In this document: positions 18,501 through 26,526 of the stretch, one piece after another
Layout: every line of letters begins with the position of its first letter
Position numbering within the stretch: the first letter of the stretch is position 1
NCBI GenBank assembly: GCA_013360745.1
Contig: JABWBA010000010.1
Span: 646 to 64,645, forward strand
DNA: 64,000 nt
Direction: 5' to 3'
From: Chthonomonadales bacterium
GTDB lineage: Bacteria > Armatimonadota > Chthonomonadetes > Chthonomonadales > CAJBBX01
Position numbers and translations under genes: made by a program
The notes under the pieces: generated by a model
Told to the model about the DNA's origin: nothing
Seen by the model: the letters and a program-made list of their open reading frames with translations, nothing else
Databases searched by the model: none

Positions 18501-20816
18501 TCAGGCGCGTCGGTCCAGTTCGTCCATGTGCGCGCGATACCAGCGGAGATCGAAGGGCGGCTGCCCCGACAGATAGTGGCTCCAGCCCGTGAGCCCGCCC
18601 CCCGACCACTCGATGAGCAGAAGTCGGCGCCGGTCCGAACGGTACGGTAGACGATGGACGGTCGCGACGGAATCCGCATCGACCGACGCCTCGCCAACCG
18701 TCAGAACCTCTCCGGTATCCATGTCCCGTACCGAGAACTCCAGCTGGATAGCCCTCGGAATGTCGCTGCAGAGGACCAGCTCCTGCATCCCCTGCTCCGG
18801 CTCCCGGAACGCCATGAGGAGCGGGGACTGGGCGCGCTGAATGGCGCGGAAGGCCCGTTTGCGGCGGAAGTAGTAGTCGACCACCGCATCGGAGAACTGC
18901 GGCCAGCCATCCAGCAGGTTCCACCAGATGATGCCGGTGCGCCGCCATTTCTGCGACCGGAACATCTCGATGAAGAACTTCATCGCCTCGGCCTGGCTCG
19001 CCTGCGACGCATAGGCGAACTCCTCCAGGCCCTCCGGGATCCGCCCGAACAGAACGCGCACCTGATTCGCCATGAGCTCGACGCGGTAGTCGTACAGGTC
19101 GACGCCCGGCACGGGCGAGGTGGCATGCAGCCGCCATTCCTCGTTGTCGGCATAGGGCCAGACCTTATCCTCCGATAGGAACTCCCGGAGCGTGGCCGGC
19201 TCCGGACAGCCGTGATAGCCGATCTCGCTGGCGAACTTGCAGAGTGCGCTCGTGTAGTACTCCCCTTTGTAGTAATCCCTCGGCCCCCAGAGGTGATCCT
19301 CGACCAGCCAGCGCGTACCGTGCTCCATGGCTTCCGGCCCGATATACGGAGAGCTCGGCAGATAGGGCCGCCCGGGATCCTCGTTCCTGAGGACCTCGGG
19401 CAGGACCCGGCGTGTCAGGACGTTCGTATTGGGATCGACTCCCGACGCCCCCCAGAGGTGCGAGGCGTCGCACTCATTGTCCCCCGCCCAGAGCGCCAGA
19501 CAGGCGTGGCTTCGGAGACGTCGGACGACCGCAACGGCTTCCCGGCGGATCACCTCCTGGAACGCCTCATCCTGGGGATAGATGCCGCAGGCCATGGCGA
19601 AATCCTGCCAGACGAGGATCCCGGTACGGTCGCACAGATCATAGAAACGGTCGCTTTCATAGACGTTGCCGCCCCAGCATCGGATCATATTGCATCCGAT
19701 CTCGACGGCAAGCTCCATCGCCCGATCGACTCGCGCACGGTCCCTGCTATGGTACGCGTCGAGCGGCGCCCAGTTGGTCCCGAGGACGAACAGCGGCGTC
19801 CCGTTGACCTGAAACAGAAACGCGCCGCCGCCTGCATCATCGGTCAGCTCGGTCCGTTCGAGGCGTATCGTCCGGATTCCATGGGTGAAGACAACGGCGT
19901 CCATCAGCTCGCCGTGACGGTACAGGCGGACCCGGCAATCGTACAGGTTCTGAGGGCCGCGCCCACGGGGCCACCACAGGAGCGGATCGGCAACGTCGAA
20001 GCGCAAGGCGCCCGCGCCCGTACAGGATGCGGGTGCGATGGGCGAAGCGGGCCTCGCCGCACCTGCCTTCGACCTCTAGCTCGTAGCCGTCGTGGGGGTG
20101 TCCCGTCAGCTCAACGGCAAAGTGCAGCCGCTGCGAAGCCCGGCCGCCGGCCGACGCGAGCTCCAGCGTCTCGAGATAGGTCTGCTCGATCCGCTCCTCC
20201 GGCAGGCCGAGCAGGTCCATCGAGCGCCAGATGCCCACCGAAAGCGCCCGGGGCATGATGTCCCATCCGTACATGTGGGGCGCTTTGCGCGTGTACAGGG
20301 ATTCGTAGTTGGAGCCCATCGCCTGAACCAGCCGAGGGTAGGCGGCTTCCGAGGCTGGGCGCAGCGGCGGATCGACAGGACGACGATCTCGGATTCCTCC
20401 GCAAGGAGCGAGGGGTCGATCGGGAACCGGCGCTCGATGAGCATGTTGTCGGCGGAGCCGAGGACTACGCCGTTGACCATCACGGTCGCGTAGCAATCGA
20501 GGCCCTGAGCTTCGAGGATCACGACGGGACCCAGCCCCTCCGGCGGACGAAACCGCCGGAAGTAGATCGCTCGACAGCGTTCAAAGCGGACGTTATCGGC
20601 GATGTTCCGACCGTGGAACGGCTCCGGGATGATGCCGTTCGCCTGAAGATCCAGCTCCAGATTGCCCGGGACCGAGGCCTCGTACACGGGCAGATCGAGG
20701 TTCCGAACGTCCGCGATCGTCCGGACGGTTTGCGCGTCGTCTCGATCGGGATCGGCAAGGACGAGGGACCAGCGGCCATCAAGGCTGAAGCGGGTGCGTC
20801 GGCAGGGCATTTCCAT
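18501..20816 (-). pseudogene. GH2 beta-mannosidase split by two frameshifts (about 20370 and about 20005)
   Basis: Three segments: N-terminal part (VPGNLELDL, GLDCYATV) in ORF 20106-20987, middle part (RKAPHMYGWDIMPR) in ORF 19837-20496, and catalytic part (RCWGGNVYE, LWAGDNE, SEIGY) in ORF 18501-20006. Confidence 0.85.
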
Positions 20817-20862
20817 GACAGCGGATGGTACCCGACAGGGCCCGGGGCCGTCCCAAGGCTCG

Positions 20863-22485
20863 CTATGGATGGGCCTGACCGGGCGCCGGCGTGGAGGCCT
20901 GGGACGTGGGCCCGCCGAACCGATACCTCGGCGTGCCGCCCTCAGCAGGACGGGCGCCGAAGGCCAGCAGGGTCGTCGCCAGAGCAAACAGACAGCACAG
21001 GACGCCGGCGACCCCGCCCAGCAGACAGCGGCGCCCCAACGGCGGCTTCCAGTTCGGCTCCGCGACAGCCGGAGGATCGACCGCGTGGGCGCCGGTCCAG
21101 AGTACTACGAGAACCGTGGTCCAACACGCGTTGATGAGGATGACCCCTTCCGTGATCAGCCGCTGTTCGGCGAACGCAACGATGGCGCGCTCGAAGTTCA
21201 TCGCGACCGAGGCGGCCAGCGTGCCGAGAAAGAGCGCCTGCCCTTTGCCCGCCCAGCTGGACGGGATCAGCGGGACGGGGCGCTTCAGATGGCGCACCAT
21301 GATCCACAGGAACGTCGCCGCAATGGCAGCCGAACCGATATTGAACCATGTGATCGTCGAGAACCAGTAGAGGGCAGGCGCGATGGCCTCCGCCTTGATC
21401 CATTCCTCGGGGTTCTTCCGGGCGTTGATGTAGGTCACGAACAGCGCGACGAACGCTGGGGCGAACCAGTCGGCCCAGCGTCGCAAAGGCGGCTGATCGG
21501 TAACCTCGGGTGCATGGCGAGCGGCAAACGCCATGGCAAGGCCGATACCGAGGCCGTTGATCAGGCCGTAGGTCTGCTCCATGACGCTGTGCCAGTTGGC
21601 AGTCCAGCCGGTCCTGATCCACAGGAGCTTGATCGCCGTGGCCAGCGAGAATCCGATGCCGCCCATGAAGCCGCCGACCAGCATCGCGTGCGTAATGCCC
21701 GGGAGCCCTCGCCGCTGAAAGAAGACCGCCGCCCCGACGGCCATGCCGAGGCAACCCGCCCAGTTATCGCCCCGGGGCGGTGTCATCCGCCAATCCAGCA
21801 GGACCGGGAAGAGAAGAAAGCCGATCCACCATCCTATTGCCAGATGCAGCATCAGGCCCGTCGCTTCGTCGGATCGCCTGCGTACGAGGCGGTAGACGAG
21901 CGGGACGACGACCGCAATGAGGGCGGTCGTCCAGTCGGTATCGAACCAGTATAGGGCTTCCTCATGGCGCATTGCCGGGTCGCCATACGAGACGCCGAGG
22001 CCTCGGGCCGCGAGCCAGGCATTGAGGCCATCGTAGGTGAGGTCATGGATGGCCAGGACGGCGAAAAACCAGAGAAGCGGCGGAAGGAACTCCGTCAGCC
22101 GCTCACGGCTGAGATAGGCGGGCAGAGCCGTCCCCGCGCCTCCCAGCGCACCCCAGAGAAAGCCGATCAGCCAGAGAGCGGCGAAGCCGTAGAGGATGTT
22201 CGGCGGGTCGCCCGAATGCGTATAGGCGATCACGTGACCGTAGGACATCGAACCGCCGAAGCTCCAGCCAATGGCCCCGAACATGCCGAAGAAGGCTACG
22301 CGCCGATGCCAGTCCGGACGATCGATGGCCAGCACGACCGCCATGGCCGCGAGAGCACCCGGGATCATGGCCCCGTGCTCGTGGCCGAAGTTGCCCCGTA
22401 TGCCCCAGCCGATGGAGAGGGAGAGCGCCGGCAGGAGGAGAATGGGCCAGGACAGGAACGGCCGCCGAACCGATATTGCGCTCAT
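20863..22485 (-). CDS. Polytopic membrane protein of unknown function
   Basis: About 14 hydrophobic segments with polar motifs WGIRGNFGHEHG, DNWAG and NWHSVMEQ. Confidence 0.8.
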   Translation of the reverse strand: MSAISVRRPFLSWPILLLPALSLSIGWGIRGNFGHEHGAMIPGALAAMAVVLAIDRPDWHRRVAFFGMFGAIGWSFGGSMSYGHVIAYTHSGDPPNILYGFAALWLIGFLWGALGGAGTALPAYLSRERLTEFLPPLLWFFAVLAIHDLTYDGLNAWLAARGLGVSYGDPAMRHEEALYWFDTDWTTALIAVVVPLVYRLVRRRSDEATGLMLHLAIGWWIGFLLFPVLLDWRMTPPRGDNWAGCLGMAVGAAVFFQRRGLPGITHAMLVGGFMGGIGFSLATAIKLLWIRTGWTANWHSVMEQTYGLINGLGIGLAMAFAARHAPEVTDQPPLRRWADWFAPAFVALFVTYINARKNPEEWIKAEAIAPALYWFSTITWFNIGSAAIAATFLWIMVRHLKRPVPLIPSSWAGKGQALFLGTLAASVAMNFERAIVAFAEQRLITEGVILINACWTTVLVVLWTGAHAVDPPAVAEPNWKPPLGRRCLLGGVAGVLCCLFALATTLLAFGARPAEGGTPRYRFGGPTSQASTPAPGQAHP

Positions 22486-22522
22486 CAGACCTCCCGGAAG
22501 GCGTCGCCCTCAGCCAGCCCCA

Positions 22523-22823
22523 CCCGGCGGCTGAGCTTGTCGAAGCCCCGGTGGCTGAGCTTGTCGAAGCCGGGAGCCAAGAGCTAAGCGCCGAGTGCTG
22601 AGAGCTGGATCGTCGTAGGGGCAATTCATGAATTGCCCGTACCAGACCGGTCCGTCCTGAGCTTGTCGAAGCCCCGGTGGCTGAGCCTGTCGAAGCCGGG
22701 AGCCAAGAGCTAAGCGCCGAGAGCTGAGAGCTGCATCGTCGTAGGGGCAATTCATGAATTGCCCGTACCAGACCGGTCCGTCCTGAGCCTGTCGAAGCCC
22801 CGGTGGCTGAGCTTGTCGAAGCC
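22523..22823. repeat. Mosaic tandem array, period 126 bp, about 2.3 units
   Basis: CTGAGC(T/C)TGTCGAAGCC at 22531, 22555, 22657, 22681, 22783 and 22807. GTAGGGGCAATTCATGAATTGCCCGTAC at 22615 and 22741. Five degenerate GAGCTRA heptamers per unit. Confidence 0.95.
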
Positions 22824-22831
22824 GCCCCGGC

Positions 22832-24187
22832 TCAAATCTGGAACAGCTTCGCATAAAGAGCGTCGGTGCGGCCGCCGAGCGCCTCCAATCGTGCCGCCGC
22901 GTCGGGGTCGCCTCCCGCATGGAGCCGCATCAGGCGCCCCTCCTCGACGCAGAGCTCATCATGGGCGGGAAAGACCTCCCGCATCAAGAAGAGAGCGTAC
23001 TTCACCAGCCGGAACGGCCCGTAGGCGCGGGCGATCTGACCGGGGAGCGCCTCGACCGCGACCGACCATAGCTTCCGGATGCTCGTCGTCAGGTCGTCGA
23101 ACTCGAGGCGGCCCGAGAACACGATGGTGTAGTACCAGCCGAAGAGCTCACCCCGCTCGCACCCGTGCGCGTCGCTCACGCCGACGATCGGCACGGATCG
23201 GCCTCGCGCCCTCTCTTCGTGGTACCGGGCCACCTGCAGCGTATTGGAGTCGATCTCATGGAGATGGTAGCCGCCGATGAGCTCATACGCGTCGTAGGGC
23301 TGGGTTGCGAAGATGTGGGAGGTGAGGGCCCCGGCCGGCGCATAGCGGTGGCCGGTGAACCAGTAGGGATGGCAGAAGATGCCCAGGCCGCCGAACTCCC
23401 GGATTTTCGCGAGGGTCCAGACGGTCGAGGCGTATTGATAGGGGTCCACGCCCGGCGGCAGAGCCTGCTCACCCGACGACTGGTCCCTACCCGGCGGCTG
23501 AGCCATACCCGGCGGCTGAGCCTGTCGAAGCCGCTCCTCCAACGCCGCAACCTCAGCTCGATAGGCCTCCTCGTCGGCGAACAGCGCATTGACGCTGCGC
23601 CGACCGCCGAAGTTGACCATATGCACCGGGTTGCCGGGCGGATGGACCTCCTCGCCGGGGTACATGCGCAGGTCGCACCGTACGCCGTCGAACGCGGCGA
23701 TCGCCTCGAGCGAGGGCTCATACTGACGGTGATCGGTGAGGGCCATGAAGTCGAGCCCGATCGATCGGCAGGAGGCCGCCACGTAGGCGGGCGCTTCTCT
23801 TCCGTCGGATCGAGACGAGTGCATGTGCAGATCGCCCTTGTAAGGGAACCTGCCCGCCAGGTCGGGACCGACGGAATAGACGCGAAACTCTCCCAGACGG
23901 CGGCGCTGATCGCCCTGAACCGCCTCGAGGAGGAACACGTGCTCCTGCTCCCCCTCGAGGTACTGACGAAATCGGAGGCTGCGCCCATCGCGCACGACGG
24001 CCGGCTTGTTCGCCTCCGGCCAGCCGCTCTGCAGAGAGAACTCCTCCGTGGGATAGTAGGTGACCTCATACTCCACGCCATCGGTCACCGCGACGTGGTC
24101 GAACAGCGGGGTGACGGTGATCTCGACCGGAGTATCAGCCCGGGCGACGAGGGGATGGACGTCGAAGATCCGACCTTCAGGACGCAT
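22832..24187 (-). CDS. PHP-domain metallo-phosphoesterase
   Basis: GDLHMHSSRSDG, LTDH, GEEVH, CHPYW and GVSDAH motifs, RBS GGAGG. Confidence 0.9.
   Translation of the reverse strand: MRPEGRIFDVHPLVARADTPVEITVTPLFDHVAVTDGVEYEVTYYPTEEFSLQSGWPEANKPAVVRDGRSLRFRQYLEGEQEHVFLLEAVQGDQRRRLGEFRVYSVGPDLAGRFPYKGDLHMHSSRSDGREAPAYVAASCRSIGLDFMALTDHRQYEPSLEAIAAFDGVRCDLRMYPGEEVHPPGNPVHMVNFGGRRSVNALFADEEAYRAEVAALEERLRQAQPPGMAQPPGRDQSSGEQALPPGVDPYQYASTVWTLAKIREFGGLGIFCHPYWFTGHRYAPAGALTSHIFATQPYDAYELIGGYHLHEIDSNTLQVARYHEERARGRSVPIVGVSDAHGCERGELFGWYYTIVFSGRLEFDDLTTSIRKLWSVAVEALPGQIARAYGPFRLVKYALFLMREVFPAHDELCVEEGRLMRLHAGGDPDAAARLEALGGRTDALYAKLFQI
23490..23532. repeat. Copy and a half of the CCCGGCGGCTGAGCCTGTCGAAGCC element inside the PHP gene
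   Basis: CCCGGCGGCTGAGCCA followed by CCCGGCGGCTGAGCCTGTCGAAGCC. Translates as RLRQAQPPGMAQPPG. Confidence 0.9.
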
Positions 24188-24233
24188 GGTCGCGCTTACC
24201 CTCCAGATGCCGGCGCCATCGAACGAGAGCCGC

Positions 24234-26255
24234 TCAATGGGGTTCGAGCTTCACGTAGTCGAGGCCGAACATATAGGACTTGACCGCCGCCGGATTGGCT
24301 CCGACGATCTCCACGGTCAGACGCCGTTCCCCTGCCGACAGATCGAGAACCCCGAGGTCCAGCTCGCCGGTCGGTACGACGCCATTGTTGTAGAGGTCGA
24401 TCGGCCCGCCGAGCTTCTGACCATCGAGCGAGATCTGGACGATGCCGTAGTCGATCGCCCTGGTCAGCTGCGCCTTGATGCCGTAGCGCCCGGCCTTCTG
24501 AACGGGTATGGCGAGGGTGAGCGTGTCGCCGGGTTTGGCCCCGGTCCACCAGAGATGCGCACCCTTGCTCCACTCGCCCTCGAACCCGCCCATATCCTGC
24601 GATGCGGTTCCTCCTCCGGAGGCGCCGAGGACCTTGATGGTCTCTCCCTCGAGGGCGCCCTTGACGGCGAATGGCTCGGGCAGCTTGAGATCGAAGTAGC
24701 CGAGTCGCTCGCTGAGCGGCTGGGGCGTGTACGGATCGCGCCCGCCGGAAACGAGGTACCAGTAGGCCGTTGCGGCGTAGAGTGTGGGGCGGTCGTTGGG
24801 ATAGTACTTCTCGATGGTTCCGGTAAAGGACTTCAGGAACGGCACGTTATCGGCGATGTGCCATCGGTTGACCGATGCATGGCCCTTGTTATTGCCGCTG
24901 TTGAACGGCTGATTGTGATAGGCGTTGAAGAACAGCGCCGGATTGCACCACGCGTAACCGAAGTAGTCCTCGGAGCCGGTGCCGAAGGTGGAGGGGAACG
25001 TCTCGCCGTCGACGTAGAACATCTCGTCGCCCTCGCCCCACCAACCGCCTTTTGGGTTCCAGACGTGCAGGTTGACGCCGACGTACCGGCCCGCTCCCTC
25101 GGTGGTCAGCATCGTCCACTCAATGCCCCGACCCGGCTGTGTCGGATTGAAGGCGTCCCGATGCCATTTGGCGTGAAAGCGAGCGTACTCGGACGCCGGT
25201 CGGCTTAGCGGCGCATGGGTCACTTCCGCCCGAAGTCGGCGAGCGGCAGGGCCGTCATTGACCACCTCGACCACCGCCTCGCTGGCAAAGGGCATGAACC
25301 AGAAACAATAGAACCCATCTTCGGTCATCCCTAGCGGTAGGGATCTGTACAGGTTGATGCCCGGCTGCGACCCGAAGAAGTCGCCGAGCGGCGCCCAGAC
25401 CGTCGTCTCACCATCGAACGTGATCTTCAGCGCCAGCTCCCGAAGGGCCAGTGTCTCATCCTCCCGGCTCTTCAGGCCCTCCACCTTGATCTTGAGGCCC
25501 GAGATGGCGCGCGCTCCGGTCAGGCGAGCGATCGTTTGCGTTTCATGGGAGCGGACCGAGAACGAACGCCGAGCGGTTTTCTGTCCGGGCCGAACGCCCG
25601 CCGGATCGGTCCCGAGCCGGTGGGTCAAGACATCGTTGGCCTGATCGAGGGCCGCGAATTCCGCCGGGCTGAGGAGACGGGTGAACGTCGGGAGTACCGT
25701 ATCGGCAGGATAGGTGGTGTACGTGAAGTGGTAATAGGCGCCCCAGTGATCATCGGCCACGATCTTGCAGGATTTCTTGAACGGGATCGGCACATAAAGG
25801 TTCTTGCCGAGCGAGGCATCGTGGACGAGCGCGGGATACGTGAACGGCGGCTGCGATCCGTCGAAGTACTGGCTGAACCGGAGATCCGCCGCCGGGTCGG
25901 TTGCCCCGTCGAGATAGATGCGGATGCGGCCATCCTGCGGCTTCGCCGACCAGATGCGCCAGATAACGCCCGGACCGTCGATTTCGGCGAAGACCTGCTT
26001 GCCGTTCTCCCGTCGGATGATGCCGTCGTTGTCGCCGTTGGCGTCCCAGCCGACGTACTCGCCGGACTGGCTAATGTAGCTCGCACGGTCGTAGCTGGAC
26101 CACTGGGCGTTCTTGACGCCGGGCTTCGGCGCAAGCGCCAGGCTCTCAAGGTCCGTCAGCTTGCGAATCAGGTCGACGTATGTGTATGTCTCAGCGCGCG
26201 CCCCGGCCAGCGCCATCAGGCAGCCCGCCACGATCAGGGCCGTCCGTCCAATCAT
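24234..26255 (-). CDS. DUF2961 (GH172) glycoside hydrolase with C-terminal CBM-like domain
   Basis: Signal peptide, GPGVIWRIWS, WWGEGDEMFYVDG and GTGSEDYFGYAW motifs. Confidence 0.88.
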   Translation of the reverse strand: MIGRTALIVAGCLMALAGARAETYTYVDLIRKLTDLESLALAPKPGVKNAQWSSYDRASYISQSGEYVGWDANGDNDGIIRRENGKQVFAEIDGPGVIWRIWSAKPQDGRIRIYLDGATDPAADLRFSQYFDGSQPPFTYPALVHDASLGKNLYVPIPFKKSCKIVADDHWGAYYHFTYTTYPADTVLPTFTRLLSPAEFAALDQANDVLTHRLGTDPAGVRPGQKTARRSFSVRSHETQTIARLTGARAISGLKIKVEGLKSREDETLALRELALKITFDGETTVWAPLGDFFGSQPGINLYRSLPLGMTEDGFYCFWFMPFASEAVVEVVNDGPAARRLRAEVTHAPLSRPASEYARFHAKWHRDAFNPTQPGRGIEWTMLTTEGAGRYVGVNLHVWNPKGGWWGEGDEMFYVDGETFPSTFGTGSEDYFGYAWCNPALFFNAYHNQPFNSGNNKGHASVNRWHIADNVPFLKSFTGTIEKYYPNDRPTLYAATAYWYLVSGGRDPYTPQPLSERLGYFDLKLPEPFAVKGALEGETIKVLGASGGGTASQDMGGFEGEWSKGAHLWWTGAKPGDTLTLAIPVQKAGRYGIKAQLTRAIDYGIVQISLDGQKLGGPIDLYNNGVVPTGELDLGVLDLSAGERRLTVEIVGANPAAVKSYMFGLDYVKLEPH

Positions 26256-26306
26256 TCCTTACCTCCCGACAGGTTGTCGATACCCCGATTCCCCGTTCGG
26301 ACCTCG

Positions 26307-26350
26307 AGCTCCTGCCTGCGACGGCGAGATCGCAGCCGGGCAGGGGAGCT
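26307..26350. other. GC-rich stem-loop in divergent intergenic region
   Basis: AGCTCC-TGCC-TGCGA...TCGCA-GGCA-GGAGCT pairing. Confidence 0.4.
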
Positions 26351-26369
26351 TGCGGCGTCGGCGGCGGGT

Positions 26370-26389
26370 GCGACAGGCTCAGCCGCCGG
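26370..26389. repeat. Degenerate, inverted-orientation copy of the GGCTGAGCCTGTCG element
   Basis: GCGACAGGCTCAGCCGCCGG is the reverse complement of CCGGCGGCTGAGCCTGTCGC. Confidence 0.75.
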
Positions 26390-26430
26390 TGTCCAGCGCC
26401 TGCCGAAGGGCGGCGCGCGGCGGCTTGCGC

Positions 26431-26450
26431 TTGACAATATCGGCGCCGAT
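26431..26450 (+). promoter_or_regulatory. Perfect -35 box (TTGACA) followed by the palindrome ATCGGCGCCGAT
   Basis: TTGACA at 26431-26436 and a 12-bp perfect palindrome at 26439-26450. No convincing -10 box at canonical spacing. Confidence 0.4.
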
Positions 26451-26526
26451 TGGCTAACCATAAGGTGGATCGAACGGGCGCCTGCCCGCAAGGCACGGTG
26501 AGCGACGATGGCGTGGAGGTGACGGG

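Noticed and set aside
22523-22823. CRISPR interpretation of the repeat array
   Set aside because: The intervening sequences are near-identical between units rather than unique spacers, and there are no cas genes in the window.
22103-22920. ORFs reading through the array (RLRQAQPP.../SSWLPAST... repeats)
   Set aside because: They are by-products of a 126-bp (42-codon) stop-poor repeat, overlap real genes, and have no supported start.
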